64,000 bases of DNA from Elusimicrobiota bacterium (lineage in GTDB: Bacteria; Elusimicrobiota; Elusimicrobia; Elusimicrobiales; UBA9959), in the NCBI GenBank assembly GCA_036574205.1, contig JAINCQ010000018.1, positions 32,001-96,000 of the forward strand. The letters are read 5' to 3'. Within the stretch, counting starts at the first letter, position 1; each line of letters begins with the position of its first letter. Under the pieces are notes generated by a model. The model saw only the letters and a list, made by a program, of their open reading frames with translations, made no database searches and was not told where the DNA came from. A program made the translations under genes and the position numbers. Positions 1-9,635 of the stretch are shown piece by piece.

Positions 1-216
1 TTTTATATTTGTTATATTTTCTGTAGTAAGATTTATCTGATATACCTCTTGTTTTATTAAATCTAAAAGATTTTCTATTTCACTAAATGCTGAGTTATAA
101 ACCAATGTTTGTGGTGGTGTTGTAATGGTTGATGTCTCTATTTCTGAGCAAAAGCTCCTTTCTATTAATAGAAGAAAGAAAACTAATAAAATGAATGTTA
201 TTCTTAGCTGTATCAA
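1..216 (-). CDS. Hypothetical exported protein, N-terminal part only (runs off the window)
   Basis: TTG at 216-214 after AAGGAAGG; frame open to base 1 (LIQLRITFILLVFFLLLIERSFCSEIETST...); signal-peptide-like N-terminus; absent from the ORF track because it is truncated. Confidence 0.6.
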   Translation of the reverse strand, partial: MIQLRITFILLVFFLLLIERSFCSEIETSTITTPPQTLVYNSAFSEIENLLDLIKQEVYQINLTTENITNIK

Positions 217-237
217 AATGATCCTTCCTTAATCAAG

Positions 238-606
238 CCTCGCAGGTTGTCTAAAGGTTTAAAACTATATTGCCCAAATTTTGCTCTGCGGACTTTCAAG
301 TCACGCATAAGCCTGGAGGGCTTGCGCGACCCCGCCTCGTTCGCCTGAATAGCTCAGGGCGAACTCCGGCCTTGCGGACTGCACGCGAAACCGTTTAGGT
401 TTCGCTCTAAAGGCAGTCCTCACCCGGCATGATAGCTTTTAGCTATCACTTAGTAAAGCGGGTGGCTGACGGGGCTTGGTCGCAAATAAAATTCGCTTGC
501 CGCTCATTTTTTCGCGACCCGCTCCTCGCAAAACTGTATTGCCCATGTTTTGCTGCGGACTTTCAATCCCCGGCGTGATAGCTTAGCGCTATCACTTAGT
601 AAAGCG
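238..606 (-). repeat. Structured trailer array downstream of tRNA-His (module A, duplicated tRNA 3' end, module B, truncated module A)
   Basis: 442-478 repeats 588-624; 479-563 matches 4898-4982 and 19281-19366; 290-425 matches 19358-19496. Confidence 0.9.
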
Positions 607-681
607 GGTGGCTGACGGGGCTTGAACCCGCAACCTTCCGGGCCACAACCGGATGCTCTAGCCAGTTGAGCTACAGCCACC
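607..681 (-). tRNA. tRNA-His (GUG)
   Basis: Cloverleaf GGTGGCTG...CAGCCACC with G-1:C73; anticodon arm CCGG-TTGTGGC-CCGG; T-loop GGTTCAAGCC; CCA not encoded. Confidence 0.97.
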
Positions 682-755
682 GTAATATTAATATTTTAGC
701 ACATTATGATTATTTTAAGTATTTTATTAATAGCAAAAAATTGTAAAATACTTTT

Positions 756-2150
756 ATGATAAGAAGACCAGCAGTAGAAGGGAGATTTTATCCATCTGAT
801 AAAAATGAATTAGTTAACTTCCTTTCATCATCCATAAAGGATAGTTTTCCTAAAAGCAGGATTATATTAGCCCCACATGCAGGTTATGTTTATAGTGGAA
901 ATACCGCTGCAAAAACTTTTTCATATGTTGAAAAAGATTTTGAAACAGCAGTAATAATAGGGACATCTCATACCTCTTATTCAAGAAAATGTTTGATTTT
1001 AAAAGATACTATTTATTCAAATGTCCTTGGTGAGGTAAAAACTGATGATGAACTGGCGGAATCGTTACTTAAAGACAAATACTTTGAAAATAATCCAGAT
1101 GCTCATAGATCGGAACATTCAATTGAAGTTCAGATTCCATTTTTGCAATATATAAAAAATGATTTTAAAATTCTTCCTATTGTTGTTAATTTTGAAGATG
1201 AAAAAATGTTGATTGAATCAGGTAAGAAAATTGCTGAGTTGATGAAAAAAAAGAAGTTAGTAATAGTGATTTCTACAGATCTTTCACATTATCCACCTTA
1301 TGAATATGCTTATGTTTCAGATAATGCAATATCATTCGCTTATTCAGCATCGGTTATTAACAGAGATATATCTTATTTTACTCTTGCTAAAAAACTTATT
1401 TCTGAAAAATATAAAAAGCAAATAGATACCATTGCTTGCGGATTTGCGCCTATGGTTGTTGGGCTAAGTGCTGCTATAGAGAGCGGTTATAATAATTTTG
1501 ATATAATTGAATGTGTAAATTCTGGTGACATTTCAGGCCATAGAGATGAGGTTGTAGGATATCTTGGTGGAGTTTTTTTGAAAGATGGTGAAAAGGAATT
1601 TAGGTTTAATTTTGATGATAATGAAAAAGAATATCTTATTATGCTTTCAAGAAAAGCTATAGAGACTAAATTAAGAAGTAAAAAAAGTTTTTCTGTGGAT
1701 TATTTTCAGTATCCTAAAATTAATCTTCCATGCGCAATTTTCGTCACACTTACAATTAACAAAGAACTGAGAGGATGTATTGGTTCTCTTTTCCCTCATA
1801 TGCTTGTTGGTGATGCAGTCATAGATTATTCTATTAAATCGGCTTTTGATGACCCCAGATTTCCGCCTTTATCATTAGAAGAATTTAAAAAAATTAAAGT
1901 TGAAATTTCTCTTCTATCTCCCTTAAAAAGAATTTATGATGTGTCTGAAATAAAGGAAAATATTCATGGTGTTTATGTTAAAAATGGATTTATGAGCGGG
2001 ACATATCTGCCACAGGTATGGGAGCATTTTATCAAGAAAGAAGATTTCTTAAAGTCGTTATTAGATGAAAAATCTGGAATTGGTTATGAGAAACTAAATA
2101 GCCCCGAAACTGAAATTTATATTTATACCGTTGAAAAAATAAATGAATAG
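756..2150 (+). CDS. AmmeMemoRadiSam protein B (MEMO1) - protein A (AMMECR1) fusion
   Basis: N-terminal RRPAVEGRFYP, PHAGYVYSG, EHSIEVQIPFLQ, STDLSHY; C-terminal LRGCIGS, DPRF, TYLPQVW. Confidence 0.93.
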   Translation: MIRRPAVEGRFYPSDKNELVNFLSSSIKDSFPKSRIILAPHAGYVYSGNTAAKTFSYVEKDFETAVIIGTSHTSYSRKCLILKDTIYSNVLGEVKTDDELAESLLKDKYFENNPDAHRSEHSIEVQIPFLQYIKNDFKILPIVVNFEDEKMLIESGKKIAELMKKKKLVIVISTDLSHYPPYEYAYVSDNAISFAYSASVINRDISYFTLAKKLISEKYKKQIDTIACGFAPMVVGLSAAIESGYNNFDIIECVNSGDISGHRDEVVGYLGGVFLKDGEKEFRFNFDDNEKEYLIMLSRKAIETKLRSKKSFSVDYFQYPKINLPCAIFVTLTINKELRGCIGSLFPHMLVGDAVIDYSIKSAFDDPRFPPLSLEEFKKIKVEISLLSPLKRIYDVSEIKENIHGVYVKNGFMSGTYLPQVWEHFIKKEDFLKSLLDEKSGIGYEKLNSPETEIYIYTVEKINE

Positions 2151-2171
2151 ATTTAGAATATTAAAAAATAA

Positions 2172-2615
2172 TTATTCTGGCTTTACATATGCATCTATAT
2201 AATCAGCTCTTTGAGTTACTGTAAATGCAAACATTGCTCCTATTCCAATTAATGCTCCTATTGGTCCGCCAAGAATAAATCCAAGCAAGCCGGCAGCCGC
2301 TCCAACGGTTATATAGGAAGTTTTATTGTTTTTGATGTCCTGCCATAATTTCTGACCAAAAGATGGTTTTTCAGGTTCTTGTGAAGAAGTGTTTGTGCCG
2401 TCTTTTGCCATTGAGGGATTTGTGGTGTTTATACTGGCTTTTACGGAAGGCAAGTCGGATTTAGCCTGAGGAATGCTTCCATCAAAAGCTTTTGAGGCGT
2501 TGGTTGTAGCTGATTGCGCCTGATTTAATGCGTTATTTGCAAATGAAATATTTGTGTATGTGGTTAAAATTACAAGGGACATTACCATAGAAATCGCTTT
2601 TTTGGCCATTTTCAT
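2172..2615 (-). CDS. Hypothetical exported/membrane protein with C-terminal glycine-zipper-like segment
   Basis: AGGAGG RBS, signal peptide ending SFA, hydrophobic GAAAGLLGFILGGPIGALIGIGA. Confidence 0.75.
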   Translation of the reverse strand: MKMAKKAISMVMSLVILTTYTNISFANNALNQAQSATTNASKAFDGSIPQAKSDLPSVKASINTTNPSMAKDGTNTSSQEPEKPSFGQKLWQDIKNNKTSYITVGAAAGLLGFILGGPIGALIGIGAMFAFTVTQRADYIDAYVKPE

Positions 2616-2750
2616 ATCTCCTCCTCTTTACCTTCCTATCATTTAGATTATACTCTAAAAATGATTGTATTACAAGGGATTTTAATACTACTGATTTAAT
2701 AGGAAAAAAGTCCTATAAGGATTTAAAATAGGTTGATTAATTAGCAGTGT

Positions 2751-3977
2751 TTACTCCTTCTTTTTTCTGAGTAATTGTATTTGATAAGAAACATTAGAAA
2801 TATTTTTAATTTTTTGTTTTATTTCATCGCTTATATCTTCATCATTTAGTATTTCTATAACAGATTTAACTGTTGGTTTTAAAACCTTCTCATATAGATT
2901 GTTATCTTTTAATATATTTATCAGTTTGTCGCGGTCTTTAAATTCATATTGTGGGGTTTTGTTAACTATTATTTCTTCATTTTCCGTTTTTATAGTAATA
3001 GAATCTTTTTCAGCCATCTCTTTTATAATCTCTTTTTCAATTTCAGTCCTTTTTTTCATAAACTCATTTATTTGCGCGTCTATCTTAATAAGTTCTGTTA
3101 TTTTACTGTTTTTTTTCAAATTCACATCTTTCATCACCGGACATAGTGATTTAAAATCACAGTATGAACATGCAAGATCTGAAGGAGATGGGTCAAATTT
3201 TTTTGATTTTATTTTATCAACAGTGTCCATTACTTTTTCCCAGAAATGATTTATTTCACTGTCCTTAGCCCTTTCAAAAGCAACTTCTTTAAGACTTTGT
3301 ACATAGTAATATATCATCTTGTTTACTTCTACCTTTTTAATGCTGACTTTGTATTTTTGGGCTATTTTCTCTATAATTTGAGGATCTGACTCGCATATTT
3401 TTTGATAAAAATATAATTGATCATTGCTCCTTCCACCATCTTTGCCTGTTTTATAATCAACTATGGTTATTAATCCGTTGCCGTCATATTCTATTTTATC
3501 CGCTACAATCTGCGCTGCTATTCCATCTATATTTACTACTGTAGAGTGCTCCAGAAGAAATGGAATCTTATCATTATTTCGATGTTTAAAATGAAAGTTT
3601 TTGATTATTCTTATGCCTTCTTCAAATGCTTCCTGTTCATATCTTGGGAGGCGATAATTTTTTTCTTCAGGTGGTACCTCATCCCATTTTTTTTTGAAAA
3701 AAGTGATAAGTTCTTCCACTGAGGGAGGAGGAACCCTTGAATAAAAGAATTCAAGAACACTGTGTATTATCCTGCCAAAAACAAAAAATGGTTTTGGTTT
3801 CTCTTTTAATTTATCTACATATTTGAATTTGTATTTTAAAGGACATTCAAGGTAAAGAGACATCTTGGAATAAGAAAAATGAAATTTTTCCTCATTTAAA
3901 ATTTTTATTTTTTTATTTTCAGTACCTTTGTTTTCCGGGTTATAACTGAATATTTCATCCTGTAAATACTCACTCAT
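2751..3977 (-). CDS. PD-(D/E)XK nuclease, RecB/Cas4-like with putative 4-Cys Fe-S cluster
   Basis: FSYSK..LYLECP, FG.IIH..LE, ADKIE...IVDYKTG, CSYCDFKSLCP. Confidence 0.88.
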   Translation of the reverse strand: MSEYLQDEIFSYNPENKGTENKKIKILNEEKFHFSYSKMSLYLECPLKYKFKYVDKLKEKPKPFFVFGRIIHSVLEFFYSRVPPPSVEELITFFKKKWDEVPPEEKNYRLPRYEQEAFEEGIRIIKNFHFKHRNNDKIPFLLEHSTVVNIDGIAAQIVADKIEYDGNGLITIVDYKTGKDGGRSNDQLYFYQKICESDPQIIEKIAQKYKVSIKKVEVNKMIYYYVQSLKEVAFERAKDSEINHFWEKVMDTVDKIKSKKFDPSPSDLACSYCDFKSLCPVMKDVNLKKNSKITELIKIDAQINEFMKKRTEIEKEIIKEMAEKDSITIKTENEEIIVNKTPQYEFKDRDKLINILKDNNLYEKVLKPTVKSVIEILNDEDISDEIKQKIKNISNVSYQIQLLRKKKE

Positions 3978-4752
3978 ATTTTATTAACTCCATTATCCTT
4001 GTTTCTTTATCTTCATATAAAGATGAGGTGAGAATTTTTCCTATTTCAGGGGCATAATATGTTATTATTTTTGTATTACTTCCTTCAACGCTTTCCATTA
4101 CTTTTACACAATTTGAAAATTCTCCAGCTTTTACTTTTATATCTCCTGCATATACCATTTTAGCAAAATAAACCTGTCCATTTAAAGAATATTTCCATAT
4201 ACCTTCCTTAGAATAATTGATTATTATTTTTGAAACTCCTGTTTCGTTTTTTTCAAGAACTCTGTTTGCATCTATTATATATTGCTTTTTCTGCGTTTTA
4301 AGCAGTTTTTTGCCAGCATATATTTTTGAAGTAAAATCTATTTTTTGATAATCTTTTTTAGTTATATATATTAATTCACTTGCATTCTTGCCATAACTTT
4401 CACTATCACCGAAATAAAACTTATTATATTTAGGAAAAACATAATTAGGACAGATAAAAAACCTAAAATAAGATTCCTGATAATATTGGCTTTTTGGAAA
4501 TTTTTTTATAAGAAATTCAAAACTTCTTTTTGCCTCTTCGCAAACATATAGTTTGGATGAATATATTAATCCGGCATAGTAAGCGGCATAGTCTGCTTTT
4601 TCTTTTTTTGGATAATTTAAGTAATATTTTTCAAAATATTTTGCTGCTTCAGGATATCTTTTTTGCTTATATAACTTTTCAGCCTGTTTTAGTAAATTTG
4701 ACGAGCAAGCTGAGATTAAAAAAAGAAAAATCAATATTTTCGAATTTCTCAT
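3970..4752 (-). CDS. TPR-repeat lipoprotein
   Basis: Lipobox LISAC; TPR-like helices (YPEAAKYFEKY...YP, EAKRSFEFLIKKFPKS). Confidence 0.75.
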   Translation of the reverse strand: MRNSKILIFLFLISACSSNLLKQAEKLYKQKRYPEAAKYFEKYYLNYPKKEKADYAAYYAGLIYSSKLYVCEEAKRSFEFLIKKFPKSQYYQESYFRFFICPNYVFPKYNKFYFGDSESYGKNASELIYITKKDYQKIDFTSKIYAGKKLLKTQKKQYIIDANRVLEKNETGVSKIIINYSKEGIWKYSLNGQVYFAKMVYAGDIKVKAGEFSNCVKVMESVEGSNTKIITYYAPEIGKILTSSLYEDKETRIMELIKYE

Positions 4753-4799
4753 TTTATTAGATAGTTTAACAATTTTTTAGTTTGATATCAACTAAATCT

Positions 4800-5024
4800 C
4801 AAAGTGTATGTCCCTATTTGCCTGCGGACTTTTGCTTCTGCCTGCGACACAAAATTGTTTGTGTCGCAGGAAAAGCAAGTACCCCCACCAGGAATCGGTC
4901 GCAAATAAAATTCGCTCACCGCTCATTTTTTTGCGACCCGCTCCTCGCAAAACTGTATCGCCCATGTTTTGCTGCGGACTTTCGATTCCTGCTCAAAACA
5001 CTTCGTGTTTTTTTGAAAAGCAAG
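4800..5024 (-). repeat. Structured trailer array downstream of tRNA-Arg (module A, duplicated tRNA 3' end, decayed module A)
   Basis: 4870-4897 repeats 5015-5042; 4898-4982 is near-identical to 479-563. Confidence 0.9.
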
Positions 5025-5096
5025 TACCCCCACCAGGAATCGAACCTGGATCAACTGCTTAGAAGGCAGTTGCTTTATCCATTAAGCTATGGGGGC
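5025..5096 (-). tRNA. tRNA-Arg (UCU)
   Basis: Acceptor GCCCCCA/TGGGGGT; anticodon arm ACTGC-CTTCTAA-GCAGT; T-loop GGTTCGATTCC; CCA not encoded. Confidence 0.97.
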
Positions 5097-5131
5097 AGTT
5101 ATTAATAATATATTTTATATTTTTTAAAATC

Positions 5132-6055
5132 TTATTCCAAAGACTCCAAATATTTTATAGCATTCATTGCTGCCATACATCCTATACCAGCAGCTGCTAT
5201 TGCTTGTTTATATTTGGGGTCGCATACATCACCACAAGCAAATATTCCTTTCGCAGAAGTTTCGTAATTAGAATCAACAATTATATACCCCTGGTCATCT
5301 AATTTTATAATATTAGAAAAGATTTTTGTATTTGGGTGATGACCTATTGCAACAAATGCACCATCAACTGGTATTTCTCTCATTTCACCGGTGTTTACAT
5401 TTTTTATTTTTATTCCTTTAAGTTTTTCATCTCCAATGAAATCTTCAGGGATGTGGTTGTATATAACTTCTATTTTCGGATTTGATAAAACTTTTTTTTG
5501 GGCAAGATATGAAGCTCTAAACTTATCTCTTCTATGAATAAGGTAAACTTTACTTGCAAATTTAGTTAAAAAAACTGCATCTTCACACGCTGTGTCTCCT
5601 CCTCCTATAACACAAACGGTTTTATTTTTATAGAAAAATCCATCACAGGTAGCGCAGCTAGAAATACCTTTACCTCTAAATTTTTTTTCGCTCTCAAGAC
5701 CAAGCCACTTAGCACTTGCTCCTGTAGCTATTATAATCGTTTTAGCATAATATATTTTTTCACCAGCAGTTATCTGGAAAGGATTTTTAGAAGCATCTAT
5801 TGCAGTTGCCTGTTCATCTGCCATTATAACGCCAAGTCTTTTTGCTTGATTTATCATTCTATTCATCAAATCATAGCCGCTTATGGGATTTTCAAAGCCA
5901 GGGAAATTTTCTATCTCGCTTGTGTAAAGTAACTGTCCTCCAGCAAGAGAACCTGTAAGAATTGTTGTCTTATATCCTCCCCTTGCTCCATATATACCAG
6001 CTGTTAATCCTGATGGTCCTGCGCCGATTATAAGAATATCTGATAATTTTTCCAT
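5132..6055 (-). CDS. trxB: Thioredoxin-disulfide reductase
   Basis: GAGPSG, CATCDG, GGGDTA, HRRD motifs. Confidence 0.97.
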   Translation of the reverse strand: MEKLSDILIIGAGPSGLTAGIYGARGGYKTTILTGSLAGGQLLYTSEIENFPGFENPISGYDLMNRMINQAKRLGVIMADEQATAIDASKNPFQITAGEKIYYAKTIIIATGASAKWLGLESEKKFRGKGISSCATCDGFFYKNKTVCVIGGGDTACEDAVFLTKFASKVYLIHRRDKFRASYLAQKKVLSNPKIEVIYNHIPEDFIGDEKLKGIKIKNVNTGEMREIPVDGAFVAIGHHPNTKIFSNIIKLDDQGYIIVDSNYETSAKGIFACGDVCDPKYKQAIAAAGIGCMAAMNAIKYLESLE

Positions 6056-6056
6056 T

Positions 6057-6467
6057 TTATTCCTCCATTACAGCTGCCATTGAGGTTTCTGTTTCCCAGA
6101 ACTTTACTTGCCTTGGATTTAGCCCAAGTTTTTTAACTTCGTCAAATATTAATTTAGAAATTACTTCAGCTGTGGGATTAAAATTTAATACAAATACTTT
6201 TTGATTATGCTTTTTTAGAATTTTTACAAGTGGATCTTTTTTGTGAAGTATTATACAATGATCAAGATTTTCGTCAAGCCATTTTCCTACTATTCTTTTT
6301 AATTTAACAAAATCCATAACCATATCTTCATTATCAAGTTTTTTACTTGAAACTATAATTTCAATTTTTCCATTATGTCCGTGTAGGTTTTCACATTTTC
6401 CGTTGTAATTAAGCAATCGGTGGGCATAAGATATTTCAAATACTTTACTGACAAAATAGTCTTCCAT
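6057..6467 (-). CDS. queD: 6-carboxytetrahydropterin synthase
   Basis: AHRL, CENLHGHN, NPTAE, WET motifs. Confidence 0.92.
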   Translation of the reverse strand: MEDYFVSKVFEISYAHRLLNYNGKCENLHGHNGKIEIIVSSKKLDNEDMVMDFVKLKRIVGKWLDENLDHCIILHKKDPLVKILKKHNQKVFVLNFNPTAEVISKLIFDEVKKLGLNPRQVKFWETETSMAAVMEE

Positions 6468-6509
6468 AATTATATTTTATCAAAAAATACCCGCTAATTT
6501 TCCGCTGAT

Positions 6510-7397
6510 CTATGGCTTAAAATCTGTACATAAGGGAAATAATTTAGTTAGCAGTAATTTCCTTTGTTCTGATTTTTCTCTAAATTTTTTTAGCTCAGAT
6601 TTGTAAAATTTTTCAAATTTTAAGACGGATGATATTTTATAGTATAAATCTTTTCTTTGTGTTCTATATAATTCCAGTATAGGTTCAGAAAGTAAATAAT
6701 AATAGCTCCTTTCCGCTTCCTGTCTTGTTTTTTTACCTTTTTTCACCTGCTCCATTTCATATTCATACATTAGTTTATAAAAACTGTCAGAATCAACATC
6801 AGAAAGAGATTTTTTTATATTTGCATAATAATTTTTAATATATTCAAGGGTTTGCAAGGGATATCCGCAGCTATGATTATTTTCAGCTGTTTTATCTAGT
6901 ATATATTTTTCAAATGTTTGATAAGAAAGAATATACCTGCATAATCCGGAAATAAATGTTGTTTTTAATATTGGATCATTCAATATTTCATCTGGCTGAT
7001 AGTTTAAAAGTAAATAATCAGTTTCAATATATGAAGCAAGCTGTTCAATCTCATATGAAAAATCTTCAAGATCATATTTCACAAGAATCTTGTATATATA
7101 TAAACCTTTGATAATTTGAGTTTCAATTGCTATTTTTGAATCCATGCTTTTTATAGGTATTAGTATCTGTCTTTTGCTGGTATTTACTTTTACACATCCA
7201 ACTGATGCATCAGGATTAAAAGCTATTGTTGCAGGATATTTTGATAAATAATTTAGAAGATAATTATGCCCTGAGAATTTTATATGTTCAAGCGCCTGAC
7301 GTATTAAGAAATCGTCAGAATATTTTTTTATGTTAATAGAACAGGAAGATAAAAAAAATCCTGCTATTATCAAAATTTTTTTTGTTTTCATAATCAA
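6510..7397 (-). CDS. Hypothetical lipoprotein
   Basis: Lipobox LSSC after KTKK and a hydrophobic stretch; no family recognised. Confidence 0.65.
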   Translation of the reverse strand: MIMKTKKILIIAGFFLSSCSINIKKYSDDFLIRQALEHIKFSGHNYLLNYLSKYPATIAFNPDASVGCVKVNTSKRQILIPIKSMDSKIAIETQIIKGLYIYKILVKYDLEDFSYEIEQLASYIETDYLLLNYQPDEILNDPILKTTFISGLCRYILSYQTFEKYILDKTAENNHSCGYPLQTLEYIKNYYANIKKSLSDVDSDSFYKLMYEYEMEQVKKGKKTRQEAERSYYYLLSEPILELYRTQRKDLYYKISSVLKFEKFYKSELKKFREKSEQRKLLLTKLFPLCTDFKP

Positions 7398-7412
7398 ATC
7401 ATAACAGTAAGT

Positions 7413-7973
7413 TCATTTTTTAATATCTGCTTTTTTAAAAAACTTTCTCACAATGTTCATTGGAAGTCCGACTATATTATCGTATCTTCCTTTTATTTTT
7501 TTGATTAATAAGTCGTTCCCATCCTGTACCGCCCATCCACCAGCTTTATCAAGATGTTTTGAGGATATCTCAGTGAGTTTTTGGTTATCTATTTTCTTCA
7601 TATAACATCTTGATTTTTCCCAGTCGCATAGGTAGATGTTTTTTTTAATCCATATTAGCGAGACTCCCGTATAAACAGACTGCCATTTCCCGGACTGAAA
7701 TTTAAGCATTTTAAAAGCTTCTTTTTTATTTTTTGGTTTTCCGATTATCCTTCCCTTACAATAAACTATAGTGTCAGCCGCTAAAACTGGCATATTCGGA
7801 TTTTTAATTGCTACAGAAAGCGCTTTGGCATAAGAAAGTTGTTTTACGATCATATGTGGTAATTGATAATAGCTCTTTTCTTCAATTTTAGCAGGAGTTA
7901 TTTTGAAAAGATAGTTGTTCCTCTTCAATATTTCAATTCTTCTTTGTGATTTTGAAGCAAGGATAAATTTCAT
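7413..7973 (-). CDS. maf: Maf family nucleoside triphosphate pyrophosphatase
   Basis: ILASKSQRR, ADTIV, IGKP, DKAG, NIVGLP. Confidence 0.95.
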   Translation of the reverse strand: MKFILASKSQRRIEILKRNNYLFKITPAKIEEKSYYQLPHMIVKQLSYAKALSVAIKNPNMPVLAADTIVYCKGRIIGKPKNKKEAFKMLKFQSGKWQSVYTGVSLIWIKKNIYLCDWEKSRCYMKKIDNQKLTEISSKHLDKAGGWAVQDGNDLLIKKIKGRYDNIVGLPMNIVRKFFKKADIKK

Positions 7974-8233
7974 TTAATCAGACGTTTATATATAAAAGCT
8001 GCAACAATTATCCCCATAATTGTTGCTATGTTTAGTTTAAATAATAGTCCAAGAGTAAATTGTATAATTCCTAAATCAATTGTTGTTGGATTTAATCCTG
8101 TATTGACTGATGTTTGGAGTATAGAATTAACATTTCCGCTTGGCGAAAACCAGATGGAGCCTAATTTATTTACCACCATACCAAAAAGACTTCCAGTAAC
8201 TATAACTATAAGTATATGCAATGTTGTTTTCAT
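7970..8233 (-). CDS. Small membrane protein (DUF4321-like)
   Basis: Two TM segments with TIDLGIIQFTLG...NIATIMGI pattern; upstream of maf. Confidence 0.7.
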   Translation of the reverse strand: MKTTLHILIVIVTGSLFGMVVNKLGSIWFSPSGNVNSILQTSVNTGLNPTTIDLGIIQFTLGLLFKLNIATIMGIIVAAFIYKRLIK

Positions 8234-8586
8234 TTATCCTCTTCTCTATCTTTGGATATATTGCTTGTAAAAAGGGTATTTGCTCCAAGCCAGTCAAGAT
8301 ATTGAGATGATCCATCAGATATATCAAAGAAAATAGTCTCTGGTAAAGAATAATTATGCATATTTTTAACTGCTATTATTACATCTTTTACTAAAACAGA
8401 TTTTGTCTTTATCACAAGCATAAATTCTTTTGACTTTTCTATTTTCCCTTCCCATCTATATATAGATGTTATTGAAGGTATTATATTGACGCATGCAGCA
8501 AGTTTTTGTGAGACTAATTCATTAGCTATTTTTTCTGCAACTTCCTTATTGTCAGTGGTAACAAAACATATTTTATATTTTGCCAT
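8230..8586 (-). CDS. cutA: Divalent-cation tolerance protein CutA
   Basis: LAACVNI, SIYRWEG, H.Y.LPE; start at MAKYK preferred (ORF track start 8604). Confidence 0.92.
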   Translation of the reverse strand: MAKYKICFVTTDNKEVAEKIANELVSQKLAACVNIIPSITSIYRWEGKIEKSKEFMLVIKTKSVLVKDVIIAVKNMHNYSLPETIFFDISDGSSQYLDWLGANTLFTSNISKDREEDK

Positions 8587-8696
8587 ATTAATAATATAAT
8601 ACAAAAAAATATTAAAAAGGCAAATAGCGCTGAGTTTTAAGAAATAACTGCTAAAAATTTTTTTTGGATGACAAAAAATGATAAATTATTTTTAAT

Positions 8697-9635
8697 ATGA
8701 TTATAGTTATAAATCTAAATATGGCTATTGATAAAACGCTTAAAATAGATGAATTTAAGAAAGGCTATATATATAGAAAAAATCCAGATGTTATTGTTGC
8801 TGGAGGCAAAGGGGTAAATGTTGCAAGGGCTTTGAAATTATTTGTTAAAGATTATTTACTTATTGGATTTTTATGCGGACATACTGGAAAGATTATAGAT
8901 GATATGTTAAGAAAGGAAAAATTTAATTTCAAAATGATATATCAAAGTTTTGGAGAAAGTAGAACCTGTCTTAGCGTCATAGATAAAAATGGCATTGCCA
9001 CTGATATCAATGAGGAAGGTTCTGTAATTGTTGATAATTCAAAGAAGAAATTTGTTAATCTATTTTCCAGTCTTGTAAAAAAATCTAATATAGTATCAAT
9101 TTCTGGCAGAACCCCACTTGGTATAGATAAATCTTTTTATAGTAATTTGATTTTTAAAGCCAAACAAACTCAAGCCAAAGTCTTTGTAGATCTTTCAGGT
9201 AAAGCGCTTTTAGACTGCCTTAATGCTGGGGTTTATTGCGTCAAAATAAATGCAATCGAGTTTTTAGAATTAGCATCAGTTCCTCCTACTCCCACCAATT
9301 TAAAAAAAATTTATTTCAGCTATCATAAAAGAGGTCTTAGAAAGTTGATTGTTACCAATAAAGAAAAGCCAGTTCTGGCTGTTACAGAAAATGGAGTTTA
9401 TAGAGCATATCCACCGAAAATCCCAAATTTTATTTCAGGTGTTGGCGCCGGAGATTCTTTTATGGCAGGATTTATATATAGTGAAGTAAAGGGATATTCA
9501 GATGAAAAAAGTATTGCTTTAGGAATTTCTTTTGCATTATCGGATTGCAAGTCTCTTGGTGCCGGGATAGTTGATAAAAAAGAAATTATGAGATATTTTG
9601 ATAAAGTTAGAATTTTGAAATTGGAGGCTTTATGA
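8697..9635 (+). CDS. PfkB/1-phosphofructokinase-family hexose kinase
   Basis: LN.AIDK, AGGKGVNVARAL, GAGDSFMAG. Confidence 0.9.
   Translation: MIIVINLNMAIDKTLKIDEFKKGYIYRKNPDVIVAGGKGVNVARALKLFVKDYLLIGFLCGHTGKIIDDMLRKEKFNFKMIYQSFGESRTCLSVIDKNGIATDINEEGSVIVDNSKKKFVNLFSSLVKKSNIVSISGRTPLGIDKSFYSNLIFKAKQTQAKVFVDLSGKALLDCLNAGVYCVKINAIEFLELASVPPTPTNLKKIYFSYHKRGLRKLIVTNKEKPVLAVTENGVYRAYPPKIPNFISGVGAGDSFMAGFIYSEVKGYSDEKSIALGISFALSDCKSLGAGIVDKKEIMRYFDKVRILKLEAL

Noticed and set aside
479..563. Hammerhead or other known ribozyme/riboswitch in module A or B
   Set aside because: GAAA is present but I could not find the CUGANGA core or any riboswitch consensus I recognise; an Infernal search is needed.
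4782..5105. ORFs 4782-5105 and 4808-5062 (also 19366-19554, 19521-19736 and 61648-61887)
   Set aside because: They run through tRNA genes or GC-rich repeats; they are open because of local GC content, and I saw no convincing RBS or protein features.
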